This document shows, piece after piece, positions 1-9,817 of a DNA stretch of 64,000 nt. The DNA lies in IMG/VR virus record IMGVR_UViG_3300046311_000202; one strand, 5' to 3'. The position numbers and the translations under genes were made by a program. This stretch comes from a virus. Taxonomy: Duplodnaviria > Heunggongvirae > Uroviricota > Caudoviricetes. Within the stretch, counting starts at the first letter, position 1; the number at the start of each line of letters is the position of its first letter. Below the pieces are notes generated by a model. It saw only the letters and a list, made by a program, of their open reading frames with translations. It did not search any database and was not told where the DNA came from.

Positions 1-1799
1 CTTTTGGTGCACAAAATTACCAAAGTCAGTTTCTACCACAACCTACTCAAAAACCAAGTGCTACAAGTAAACCAGCCCCAAAAGTAGTTAGAAAGCCTTC
101 TAAATATGAGTCTTTATTTGAGACAGATAACTCAAAAAAGCTAGATACTAGAGATTTAGTGATGCCTAAGTTCAATGGAATAAGAGAAGGCTCAGGGAAT
201 ACTTCACAATTAATACTAAATCAACAACAAGAACAAAATAAAAAACTAGTTAAAGAAGCTTTTAAAAAAGAAGAAGAATCAAAAGCAGCTAAAGAGCTAA
301 ACGATTTCAGAAAAGAAGTCTCTTCAAAAGCTATACTAGAAGACACTATAGAAAATAATGAAGTATCTTTGGATATGAATAACTATAGAACAGAAAAAGA
401 TGTAATAAAGCTTCAAAAGATGCTTACTGATAAAGGTTATAACTTAAACCCACAAGGTAAATTTACAAACAACGGTATAGACGGTAAGTTAGGTAAAGTT
501 ACAAGAGAAGCAATGATAAAGTATAACCAACACAACAGTGAGCCAGGTTATGCTAGTATAAAAGAAGGAACTGGATTTATAGGAAATTGTCAAGAAGGGC
601 AATGTTCTGAATACATGCAAAATGAGATCTTCAGAAATGTACAACCTAATCTTAAAAGAGAGGACTGGAACAAAAAAACAGGACTCTACGGTAATGCATG
701 GGATATTGGAGGCAATATTGTAAAAGCAGGGGGTAGTAAAGTAGAACCAAAAGCGGTAAAGGCAGGAGATGTAGTAACGATGTTTACCGGTGGTAGAAGT
801 GATTATCAAGGAGAGGCTAATGCTGCAGGAACTGGAACTACACACACAGGATTGATAGACAAAGTTAACCCAGATGGAAGCTACTACATACTACACAACG
901 TACATGATAAGAATAGATGGACAGGAGAGTTTGAAGGAAGAGAGTACAGAGATTTAGTAAAAGATGGAAAGATAGTTTCAGGAGGGCTTAAAAGAGGCTT
1001 TGAAGTTAGAAATGCATTTAGGCCAGATTATAAAGAGGTACAGTTAGGGGAAAAGAAAATCTTAAGAAATGATTTAAACTTAACTATTGATCCTAAAAAG
1101 TCTAGCTTACTATCATCTAAAGAATATGATAATAACTTTACTTCAGCAAATGCTAAGACTAAGTTAGAAAAGAACTTTATAAAGCCTTTGAATGACACTA
1201 GAAACAAAAGCGTAATAGCTAAAGTTTTTAGTCTTGGAGATGATGAATACCAATCACTAGCTAAAGTTACATTAGGTATACTAGGTCAAGAAACAAGTTT
1301 TGGAACAAATGCTAAATACACTACAGGTACAAAACAACTTGGTGCAGGATTAGCAAAGCTTGTAGGATATAAGCCAGATGAAGTATCAAAAGGTGCAGGT
1401 AGACTTAAGTATGAGACTAATTTTGGAGCAGATGATCTTACAGAGTTGGGTATTACACAAGACAACTTTGATGACGAAGATAAAGCACCATTAACCACTA
1501 TGTATAAGTTAGCAACAGACTACAAGGGGTTTTTGAAAAAAGGTTATAATAAAAAAGATGCAATGTATAGAGCTATAACAGTTTACAATGTTTCTTTAAA
1601 CCATATATCACAAGGTAAAAAAGTGGAAGACTGGGCAAAGAACTATGATGTAGACTATACAAACAAAGTATTAAACTACTCAAGCATGTTCGATGTAAAA
1701 TCCGGTAAAAAATCTTATAAGACAGCAACCGATGAATTACTTCTTCATCCAAATGTATACAAGTGGAGAGGAAAACTAAAAAAAGAAAATAAATTATAA
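1..1799 (+). CDS. Virion-associated peptidoglycan hydrolase, 5'-partial. Has a PG-binding-like domain, a CHAP-like Cys/His domain and an SLT/lysozyme-like domain.
   Basis: The reading frame is open from nt 3 to the listed GTG at 159, with no stop, so the gene starts upstream of the window. GYNLNPQGKFTNNGIDGKLGKVTREAMIKYNQ resembles a peptidoglycan-binding repeat. GQCSEY followed by TGTTHTGLI and YILHNVHD fits the CHAP Cys...His pattern. LGILGQETSFG fits the lytic-transglycosylase catalytic Glu motif. It sits in the late operon. Confidence 0.6.
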   Translation, partial: FGAQNYQSQFLPQPTQKPSATSKPAPKVVRKPSKYESLFETDNSKKLDTRDLVMPKFNGIREGSGNTSQLILNQQQEQNKKLVKEAFKKEEESKAAKELNDFRKEVSSKAILEDTIENNEVSLDMNNYRTEKDVIKLQKMLTDKGYNLNPQGKFTNNGIDGKLGKVTREAMIKYNQHNSEPGYASIKEGTGFIGNCQEGQCSEYMQNEIFRNVQPNLKREDWNKKTGLYGNAWDIGGNIVKAGGSKVEPKAVKAGDVVTMFTGGRSDYQGEANAAGTGTTHTGLIDKVNPDGSYYILHNVHDKNRWTGEFEGREYRDLVKDGKIVSGGLKRGFEVRNAFRPDYKEVQLGEKKILRNDLNLTIDPKKSSLLSSKEYDNNFTSANAKTKLEKNFIKPLNDTRNKSVIAKVFSLGDDEYQSLAKVTLGILGQETSFGTNAKYTTGTKQLGAGLAKLVGYKPDEVSKGAGRLKYETNFGADDLTELGITQDNFDDEDKAPLTTMYKLATDYKGFLKKGYNKKDAMYRAITVYNVSLNHISQGKKVEDWAKNYDVDYTNKVLNYSSMFDVKSGKKSYKTATDELLLHPNVYKWRGKLKKENKL

Positions 1800-1805
1800 A
1801 ATACT

Positions 1806-4800
1806 ATGAGAAAGTACAAAAAAATGTCTAAGCTTATAAACAATACAGGATATACACCAGGAGCCGCTTCTGAAAGCAATCCTATTAACTATATACCTAG
1901 TGAAGACATAACAATGAGAGATACACCATATCCATTGTATGGTCAACCTTTAGACCAATTTGGAAATGCAATTGCTCCACCAACTTACATGGAGCCAGGG
2001 CAAGAGTACAAATTTGGAGGGGCAAGCTATGTAGCTGAGGTACCTGTATATAAAGATGGCGGACAAAAAAGTGCTTGGATAAGTGATAAAATAGCTGTGC
2101 TTATGGGAGAGGGTAGACCTCAAAAACAAGCTATAGCAATAGCCTACTCTATGTGGGAACAAAAGCATGAAATGGGAGGGACACAACTTCCTATGATGCA
2201 AGATGGGAATGAGTACTTCTCAAACAACCAAGTAGGGTTTGTAGAAGGTTTTGGAAACCCAGGTTACCAAGCACCACAAAAACAACCTACATTTAATTTT
2301 ACACCAAAACAATTTCCAACAAGTATAGACTTTAACACAAAAGTAGATTCTAGTAAATATGGTTTAGGACAATCTCCAAACTATGTTAATCCACTATCTA
2401 CAGAGTCACTTACGGCAGGTAAAGACTGGGCAGCAAAAAACCCATTACCGGCAGGTGTTAAACAACCTATGGCAACTAGTATAGGATTTGAACCAATGTC
2501 AGCTACAGAGCTTTCAAAAGGAGTTCAAAATGCTCAAGTGACGGATGATGGAGGAGCTGCAGCAAGAAAAACAGCAACAACTGGTATTACTCAATTCTAT
2601 AACCCTTACGGAGATGTAGGAATGGGAGATGCCTTGGCATTTAGTGGAGAGCAGTTTGCAAAAGGTAATACAGGACTTGGTATAGTAGGTGCTGCATCTG
2701 GTGTACTTCAAGGTGCAAAAGCTTTCTTATCAGGTATGGGTGCTCAAAAGAGACAAAACCAAGTTATGAAAACTTATGCCGAAGAGCAAAGAAAAGGCAT
2801 GACAGGAGAAGGCCGAGAAGTTGCAATGGAATACGGTGGTTATTATCAAAATGGTGGTATGGATAAGTCTAATTATGAAGACGAAATCAATGCAGAAATG
2901 GACAATAGCTATCCAGAAGTAGCAGCACAAAACAATCCAGTTTTTGCAAATCAAAATACGGAAGCCCCAGTAGTAGCAGAAGAGAAAGCAAGTTCAAACT
3001 TTGATGCAAATTCTGCAAGAGATAACTGGGTACAAAAAACAGGATTACCTTGGTCAGAGGCTAAAAGACTAGGTTATACAGACGGAACAGCAAAAGATAA
3101 CATAAAACTTTTATCAGAGCTTAAAGACCCTAGGTTTAAAGCAGAAAACTTAAGAAAGGCACCAGTTACAAGAAAGGCAGTAAATACCACTAAGCAGGAA
3201 GTTACTGTTGATAAAACTGCACCAAAAGCACCGGCAGTAGTTAACAAAAAGAAAAGCAACTATGTAGATCCATATAAAGGGATGTACGAAGATGAAGAAG
3301 GAGATATTAGAAATGCTAAAGGAGTTATGGTTGGTTTAGATGGACAGCCATTAAACTGGTTTGAAAGAAACTTCTCAGACCAAGGTGTTATACCACCTAT
3401 GGATAAGAATGGTAGAAGAATGGCAAAACCTGGTTATGGTGCATCTACTGAAGATTGGAATGCATGGCATAATGCTAGATATGAAAACAAAAAAGCACAA
3501 GAAGCTCAAGAGCTTAGAGCAGCACAACTAAAAAGAAAACAGATAGAGGATACTTGGGGAACACCTAAGTATGGCCAATTCCAACTTTTCCAAGAAGGGG
3601 GTGTACAATCTCCAATGGAAGAAGGACAAGAAGGTGCTATGAGTAATCCTCAGGAAGAGCAAGGAGAGGTTCCACAACAAGCAGGTGGTGATCAAATGCA
3701 AGCTATAGCACAAGAAGTTGCAGGAATGTTACAACAAGGAGCAGACCCACAAGAAGTACTTCAACAATTAGTACAAGCAGGTATTCCAGAGGACCAAGCT
3801 ATGCAAATCATACAAATGGTTATGGAGCAAATGCAAGGAAGTCAGCCACAAGCAACACCACAATTAGGTAGAGGCGGAGAGATGATGAAACGTGCTGATG
3901 GAAGCTACTCCAAGAGAGGCCTTTGGGATAACATTAGAGATAATGCAGGTTCTGGAAGAAAGCCAACTAAGGAGATGTTAGATCAAGAAGCTAAAATAAA
4001 AGCTAATAAAAAAGAAATGGGCGGTTATATGTATGCCGAAGGAGGTATAAACAACCCAGGCTTCAAAGCTTTGCCTGAACATGTACAGGACAAAATTATG
4101 TCTAACATGTATCAAGAGGGTGGATCACAAGAAGCCGGTTCTATGGAAGAGGTAATGAGTCAAGTAGGGGAAATGTTAAACCAAGGGGCTGACCCTCAAG
4201 AAGTTTTACAGATGCTTGTAGATTCAGGAATACCAGAACAAGAAGCTATTCAGATAATAGAAGCTGTAATGCAACAATCTGAACAAGCTCCACAAATGAG
4301 AGACGGTGGAATACCACAAAGGTATAAAACTATGGGCTTCAATAAAGTAGGGGCTAAAAAACAATCAACTCGACCAGGAAAAAAATGGATGGTCTTAGCT
4401 AAAAAAGGAGACCAGTATAAAGTAGTACACGGTGGAGATGATAGCATGAAGGATTTCTCTCAACATGGATCAGAAGATAGAAAAGAAAACTTCTGGAACA
4501 GAATGGGTGGAAGAGACTCAGCTAAAGCTAACGATCCTTTCAGTCCATTATACTGGCATAAGAAGTTTGGTACTTGGCAAGAAGGCGGAGAAATGATGGA
4601 TGAACAAGTAGAGGGAGAAAATGAAGGTGCGGAAGGAGAAACTCCAAACCAAGAAGGTATAGAAAGCCAAGTTGAACAAGCTTTAAAACAAGGAGCTGAC
4701 CCACAAGAAATCTTACAACAACTTGTACAAATGGGTATGCCAGAACAAGAGGCAATACAAATGATACAAGAGATCATGCAAGAAATTCAAAATGGGGAAA

Positions 4801-4937
4801 CAGGCCAAGAAGCTCCAGAACAAGAGCAGCCAATGATGAAAGATGGTGGTGAATACTTAGAAGCCTTAAAAGGTAAAAAGATAAAAAACTACACTTATAA
4901 TAAAAACACAGGAAACTATGATGTCGAAATCGAATAA
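1806..4937 (+). CDS. Gln/Glu/Gly-rich virion protein, putative internal or ejection protein, with three tandem repeats of about 41 aa
   Basis: A 1043-aa ORF with biased composition. The motif QGADPQEVLQQLVQ(A/M/S)G(I/M)PE(D/Q)(Q/E)A(M/I)QII(Q/E) occurs three times, each after a QEGG/GGEMM motif. Confidence 0.55.
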   Translation: MRKYKKMSKLINNTGYTPGAASESNPINYIPSEDITMRDTPYPLYGQPLDQFGNAIAPPTYMEPGQEYKFGGASYVAEVPVYKDGGQKSAWISDKIAVLMGEGRPQKQAIAIAYSMWEQKHEMGGTQLPMMQDGNEYFSNNQVGFVEGFGNPGYQAPQKQPTFNFTPKQFPTSIDFNTKVDSSKYGLGQSPNYVNPLSTESLTAGKDWAAKNPLPAGVKQPMATSIGFEPMSATELSKGVQNAQVTDDGGAAARKTATTGITQFYNPYGDVGMGDALAFSGEQFAKGNTGLGIVGAASGVLQGAKAFLSGMGAQKRQNQVMKTYAEEQRKGMTGEGREVAMEYGGYYQNGGMDKSNYEDEINAEMDNSYPEVAAQNNPVFANQNTEAPVVAEEKASSNFDANSARDNWVQKTGLPWSEAKRLGYTDGTAKDNIKLLSELKDPRFKAENLRKAPVTRKAVNTTKQEVTVDKTAPKAPAVVNKKKSNYVDPYKGMYEDEEGDIRNAKGVMVGLDGQPLNWFERNFSDQGVIPPMDKNGRRMAKPGYGASTEDWNAWHNARYENKKAQEAQELRAAQLKRKQIEDTWGTPKYGQFQLFQEGGVQSPMEEGQEGAMSNPQEEQGEVPQQAGGDQMQAIAQEVAGMLQQGADPQEVLQQLVQAGIPEDQAMQIIQMVMEQMQGSQPQATPQLGRGGEMMKRADGSYSKRGLWDNIRDNAGSGRKPTKEMLDQEAKIKANKKEMGGYMYAEGGINNPGFKALPEHVQDKIMSNMYQEGGSQEAGSMEEVMSQVGEMLNQGADPQEVLQMLVDSGIPEQEAIQIIEAVMQQSEQAPQMRDGGIPQRYKTMGFNKVGAKKQSTRPGKKWMVLAKKGDQYKVVHGGDDSMKDFSQHGSEDRKENFWNRMGGRDSAKANDPFSPLYWHKKFGTWQEGGEMMDEQVEGENEGAEGETPNQEGIESQVEQALKQGADPQEILQQLVQMGMPEQEAIQMIQEIMQEIQNGETGQEAPEQEQPMMKDGGEYLEALKGKKIKNYTYNKNTGNYDVEIE
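3707..3829 (+). repeat. Repeat unit 1 of the Q-rich protein (AQEVAGMLQQGADPQEVLQQLVQAGIPEDQAMQIIQMVMEQ)
   Basis: The nucleotide and protein repeat recurs at about 4150-4272 and 4664-4786. Confidence 0.7.
4150..4272 (+). repeat. Repeat unit 2 (MSQVGEMLNQGADPQEVLQMLVDSGIPEQEAIQIIEAVMQQ)
   Basis: Read directly from the translation and the DNA. Confidence 0.7.
4664..4786 (+). repeat. Repeat unit 3 (ESQVEQALKQGADPQEILQQLVQMGMPEQEAIQMIQEIMQE)
   Basis: Read directly from the translation and the DNA. Confidence 0.7.
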
Positions 4938-6891
4938 AATATCAATACCTAAAGAGATTTTTGAAAACATTTTCTTTGCAGAAGGCGGTGAAAAAAAGGA
5001 TTTGTTCAAGGCACTTACTGGAGAATACCAGTTTGCCTTGAGCGAAAAAAATCCTATAGGAGAACCAAATGCAGAGATAGAAGGTGGAGAATACCTTTTT
5101 GACTCTCAAGGGATAAGAAAGGCAGAAGGTAAGACCCATGAAAAAGGGGGTATGCCAGTTAAGCTAGAAGACGGTACAAAGATTCTTAGTGACCACCTTA
5201 AAATAGGTGCAGAGATTGCTAAAAAAGTAAACAAAGATTTAGGTATTCCAGCTAGAGCTACAGATACCTATGCAAAAGTATTAGATAGATACAACAGTAC
5301 ATCAGGATTAGACAGAGCAAATGCTAAGCTTGAAGACTTGATGGGTATGATGAAAGATCAAAAAACAAGAGTTAAAGATAAAAAAACCTCTAACTTGAAT
5401 GTTGATTATATATCAAAGCAGTTGTATAGTGAGAATCAAAAGAAGAAACCTATGGAAAAAGAAAGGGAGAAACTTTTTGATATCATTTTTCAAATACAAG
5501 AAGAGAGCAAAAGAAAAGCTGAAGCCCCAGAATACAAAATGGAAGAGGGTGGAATAGTTTCTATAGCAAATAAATACGGTATAAGCGAAGAAAGAGCAGC
5601 AGAGTTGCTAGGTTTACCAAAATACCAAAATGGAGACTATGTAAAAGGGGATCTTAACCTTGATGGAGTAGTAGATGAAAAAGACAAGTACTATGACAGA
5701 TACAAAGATCTTTATAACCAAAATAAAGAACTTATTGTAAACTCATCAGGTAGACAAGACTTTACTAAGGCACCAAGAACTGTAAATACACTACCTTATA
5801 CTCCAAGAGAGGTAAGTACAAACCCTATCTGGAAAGGTACTAATTATACGAAAGCTTGGCAACCATTAGTTAGAACTAGTATGTCTGATCCAGACAAAGC
5901 GGCCAAGATTGATAAGTGGTTAACTGAAAACAAAGATAGCTACTCTCCTAATATACAAGCTCAATTAAAAGGTTTGACTGGCGAGGCTAGAATGAAAAGA
6001 ATAGAGCAGTTAGCAACGGATGAAAAACCAGGACCTTTTCATAATGCTTTATTACAAGCAATGGTAGCAGTTAATGAAGAAGAAACTCCTAAAGAGACAC
6101 CAGTTGAAGAAACTCCTAAAGAGGGGCCAGCAAAACTTGATTTAAACAAGGAGAATGAAATGGCTATTCTAGGATTACCTCAGAGGATTTACCAAACACC
6201 TACATTACAGCCATCATTAAAGGTAGCAACTAGGTTAAATAGAATAGAGCCTAACTACATATCTCCAACACAAAGTATAATGGAGACAGATAGAGCAGTA
6301 GTATCAGCAAATCAGAACATGGCAGGTATGTCAGATGCACAGAGAGCAGCAGCTAATATAGGTCTTATAGCAAACCAAGGTTCAGCAAATAACAAAGCTA
6401 TAGTAGAGGCAAACAGGTTCAACAACCAAGCACAAAATACAGCAGATATCTATAACGCCAAGATTGGAGATACAGAACAGCTATACGAAAATCAGAATGC
6501 GTTAAACTACGAAGCTAGAACACTTAAAGGATTAGCTAATTATGAAAATGATTGGCAGAACCTTAGAAACACAAGGTTTAATGATCAATTAAATAATTTT
6601 AAGACAACGGAGATGTACAATTATAACAACGCTGCAAATCCACAAATACAGTTTAGAGGAGTTAACCGAGGATATGATGTAAACTATGATCCAGATTTTG
6701 GCAAAGTACATAAGCCAGAAACAGATAACTTAACTAAACCGTTTAGCTTAAGCGATGTAAGTGATGAAGTTATTGGACAAGAGTACATAAATAGAGCAGC
6801 TAAAATAGAAGCTGATAAAAAAGAAGCTGAGAAAAAAGCTAAAGAAACCAAACCTGCAAAAAAATTCGGAGGTAGGTTCAAAAAAAAATAA
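4918..6891 (+). CDS. Structural or virion protein, function unknown. Lys/Glu-rich with a TPKETPVEETPKE mini-repeat.
   Basis: A 657-aa ORF in the late operon. Its start overlaps the upstream gene by 20 nt. Confidence 0.5.
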   Translation: MMSKSNKISIPKEIFENIFFAEGGEKKDLFKALTGEYQFALSEKNPIGEPNAEIEGGEYLFDSQGIRKAEGKTHEKGGMPVKLEDGTKILSDHLKIGAEIAKKVNKDLGIPARATDTYAKVLDRYNSTSGLDRANAKLEDLMGMMKDQKTRVKDKKTSNLNVDYISKQLYSENQKKKPMEKEREKLFDIIFQIQEESKRKAEAPEYKMEEGGIVSIANKYGISEERAAELLGLPKYQNGDYVKGDLNLDGVVDEKDKYYDRYKDLYNQNKELIVNSSGRQDFTKAPRTVNTLPYTPREVSTNPIWKGTNYTKAWQPLVRTSMSDPDKAAKIDKWLTENKDSYSPNIQAQLKGLTGEARMKRIEQLATDEKPGPFHNALLQAMVAVNEEETPKETPVEETPKEGPAKLDLNKENEMAILGLPQRIYQTPTLQPSLKVATRLNRIEPNYISPTQSIMETDRAVVSANQNMAGMSDAQRAAANIGLIANQGSANNKAIVEANRFNNQAQNTADIYNAKIGDTEQLYENQNALNYEARTLKGLANYENDWQNLRNTRFNDQLNNFKTTEMYNYNNAANPQIQFRGVNRGYDVNYDPDFGKVHKPETDNLTKPFSLSDVSDEVIGQEYINRAAKIEADKKEAEKKAKETKPAKKFGGRFKKK

Positions 6892-6900
6892 TTTAATTAA

Positions 6901-6932
6901 TTTGCACAAAACAAATAAAAGTTGTACTTTTG
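6901..6932 (+). promoter_or_regulatory. Bacteroidota-type promoter: -33 TTTG at 6901-6904 and -7 TActTTTG at 6925-6932, 20-nt spacer
   Basis: Matches TTTG-N20-TAnnTTTG, 21 nt upstream of the ATG at 6953. The same architecture recurs at 15502 and 20425. Confidence 0.6.
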
Positions 6933-6952
6933 CATAAATTATAAAGATAAAA

Positions 6953-9808
6953 ATGGCAAACGCATATTCAACACCTATAAATTACGGACAAACTATTCCT
7001 ACAACTGACTTAGCTCAGTATGCAGGTGCCATACAGCGTGGTATGCAGCAAAAGTTTGATATAAACTTGGCTAAAATAGATGACCTTATTTCAAAAGTAG
7101 CCACTGTGCCTTTAGCAAGAGATAAAGATAAGAAGTACCTTGGGGAAAAACTCCAAGGTTTACTTTCTATGGTAGATGCTAACTCAAAAGTAGACTTATC
7201 AGATAATGTAGTAGCTAGACAAATATCATCTTATGTGGCTTCAGCTATTGACTCAAATGTTAGAGAGCAATTAGCTAATTCACAAAAGATATCATCTTAC
7301 CAACAAACAGCAGCACAAAGAAAAAAAGACAAACCTGAGTTGTATAATGATGCAAACTATGCCTATGGTTTAGATAAATCAGGCTATGCAGCATATATGA
7401 AGGGGGATACAGACAGTCTTGGAAGCATGCAGTATATTGACTATCATGATATTGACACTAACCTTAATAAGAAGTTAGAGAGTTTTGCAAAAGAAAGAGG
7501 CTTTGAGAAAGTTATGGACTCTAGTGTAGAAGGCGGTTACATATACAAAACTGTAAAAGGTAAAGAGCTAACACAAGATGAAGTAAGTAATTTTTTCAAC
7601 ACTACAGTAGCATCAGATCCAAAATTGAAACAGCAGTTTATGATAAATGCTCATTATAATTACAGAGGATTATCAGACGATGCTATCATAAAAGACTATA
7701 AAGAAAAAGCAGATCCTATTTTTAAAGAGTTTGATACAAAAATTGGCGATATAGAAGGTAGACTTAAGAATGTAAATCCGGATGATAAAGCTACAGCAGA
7801 TTACTTGCATAGACAAAAATCTGAATTGCAAAAGCAAAAAGATGATTTTAACTCTCAGCTAGATCCTAAAAATTTCAATAGGGACTCTTTCTTATATAGC
7901 CAGTACACAAATAGTCTTAAGAGTTCTTATATGAAGACTTATGCTTATTCAGCAGTTACTGACATAAAGTATGATGACTTTTTATTAGATATAGCAAAAG
8001 CAAAAGGTGAACTATCTGCAGATGGAACCCCTACAGGAACAGGTACAGATGCTTCAGGATTACCTGGAGGAACATTATTCCAGAGGGATATGGTAGCTAC
8101 AAATAAAGATGAGCAACCAGACTACATGACAGATTTTAATAGCCAAAGAACAGGTTCTTGGAAAGAACTACAAGGTGTTATAAAATCACAACTTATAAAA
8201 GACGGAAAAGGCACAACAGCTACAGACATAACAAATTACTATTTAGGATTAAAGAAAGCCTCAAAAGAGGGTATAGACCTAAATGCACAAGGCTATAACT
8301 CAGAGCTACTTTCTGCTTATGGAAAAGTTGAAAATTTAAATAAAACAGCTTACCAACTAACAAAAGTAGCTAAGGAAAATTACGGTAAATCAACAAATGA
8401 TATCTTAACAGGATTGTTTGGAGGTAAATCAAAAGACCTTTCTGTTGAAGGATTAGCAACTACAGCACCAGTAACAGCAGGATTACTTAAGAAATATAAA
8501 AGTGCATCTCAAATACCTAAAAAAGAAAAAGCTATAGCTTTATATGAAATAGCTAAGAACATTAAGGAAAATGTGCTTGATGAAGATAAAGATAAAGCAA
8601 ATATGGACTTCTATCTTCAGGCATTAAAAAGAGAGAATAACATATCAGACAAAGAGCTAGAAAAAGTAAAACCTAAAGATACAGGTAGCGGATGGTCAGG
8701 TTTAGGTAACATGATAGTAGGTGCAGGACAAACTCTTTGGAACAGTACTGTAGCACCAGCATTATCAACATTGTCAAATTTTACAGACGCAACTGGGGAA
8801 GACTATATGAAAGCTGTAGAGGAAGATGATGCAGGTAGATCAAGAGGTGTAGATAAAGCAGCTTCTGGAGCTAAACAGTTTTGGGGGTCATTATCTAGAT
8901 CTTTTACACAAGATGCAGATTTATCAGAAATTGAATCTGGGGATATAAAGCTTGGAAAGTATCAAGGTGTTACAGATTTAATAACAGACACTAAAGCTAG
9001 TGTAAGTTCTAGATTTGAACAAATACTTGCAAAAGGTAAAGCTAACCTACAAAAAGAATCTTCTATTGTACTTAGCCCAGCTAATAAGAGAGACAAACCT
9101 TACTTAGATGCAATAAACTCAGCAATCGTAGCACAAGGGGGAACTCCAGTACAAGATGGTTTTGTAAATATAAAATCTATAAAAGATGGAATTGCTACAA
9201 TAAGCTATACTTCAGAGGATATGGTAGAAACAAAGTCAGGGGGTACAAAGAAACAAAATGTACCAGGAGTAGAAATACAAGTGCCTGTAAATAACTTACC
9301 ACAGAATTTAATAAAGAACTTACAAACCTCTTTATCAGATTGGACTTATTCTGCTAGTAACCCTACTAAAATGGAAGTATCAATGGCTTACTCTCCACCT
9401 AGTAACTTAGAGTCTAGATATGAATTAGCACAAAAGTATGTACAGAATAATAGTGCATACATGTCACCAGAAGAAATAAAGAATATACAAATGACAGGCT
9501 TTTCTGCGATAAAAACAAAAGAAGAGTTGCAAAAAGAAGCCGATAAAAAATTACCTAGAGAGTACGCCTCAGATTTCAGCAGTAAATACCTAAACAGTAA
9601 ATACTCAGTTAAGTGGGAAAGACCAGAAGGTGGTGGAGGTTTTGTAGGGTACTTAGTAAAAGACGGTACAAAAGTAGAACAAGTTCCACCATTAGGTACA
9701 GATTATAATCCTCATGTGTATAGTTTATATACTATGAAAGTAATTAATCAATATTTAGAAAACCAAATTACAGAGTATAGAAGAAACGCTATGTACTCAA
9801 ATAATTAA
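6953..9808 (+). CDS. Large structural protein of 951 aa, function unknown
   Basis: A long ORF preceded by the promoter above. Contains low-complexity GTPTGTGTDASGLPGG. No catalytic motif recognised. Confidence 0.5.
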   Translation: MANAYSTPINYGQTIPTTDLAQYAGAIQRGMQQKFDINLAKIDDLISKVATVPLARDKDKKYLGEKLQGLLSMVDANSKVDLSDNVVARQISSYVASAIDSNVREQLANSQKISSYQQTAAQRKKDKPELYNDANYAYGLDKSGYAAYMKGDTDSLGSMQYIDYHDIDTNLNKKLESFAKERGFEKVMDSSVEGGYIYKTVKGKELTQDEVSNFFNTTVASDPKLKQQFMINAHYNYRGLSDDAIIKDYKEKADPIFKEFDTKIGDIEGRLKNVNPDDKATADYLHRQKSELQKQKDDFNSQLDPKNFNRDSFLYSQYTNSLKSSYMKTYAYSAVTDIKYDDFLLDIAKAKGELSADGTPTGTGTDASGLPGGTLFQRDMVATNKDEQPDYMTDFNSQRTGSWKELQGVIKSQLIKDGKGTTATDITNYYLGLKKASKEGIDLNAQGYNSELLSAYGKVENLNKTAYQLTKVAKENYGKSTNDILTGLFGGKSKDLSVEGLATTAPVTAGLLKKYKSASQIPKKEKAIALYEIAKNIKENVLDEDKDKANMDFYLQALKRENNISDKELEKVKPKDTGSGWSGLGNMIVGAGQTLWNSTVAPALSTLSNFTDATGEDYMKAVEEDDAGRSRGVDKAASGAKQFWGSLSRSFTQDADLSEIESGDIKLGKYQGVTDLITDTKASVSSRFEQILAKGKANLQKESSIVLSPANKRDKPYLDAINSAIVAQGGTPVQDGFVNIKSIKDGIATISYTSEDMVETKSGGTKKQNVPGVEIQVPVNNLPQNLIKNLQTSLSDWTYSASNPTKMEVSMAYSPPSNLESRYELAQKYVQNNSAYMSPEEIKNIQMTGFSAIKTKEELQKEADKKLPREYASDFSSKYLNSKYSVKWERPEGGGGFVGYLVKDGTKVEQVPPLGTDYNPHVYSLYTMKVINQYLENQITEYRRNAMYSNN

Positions 9809-9817
9809 AAAATTGCT

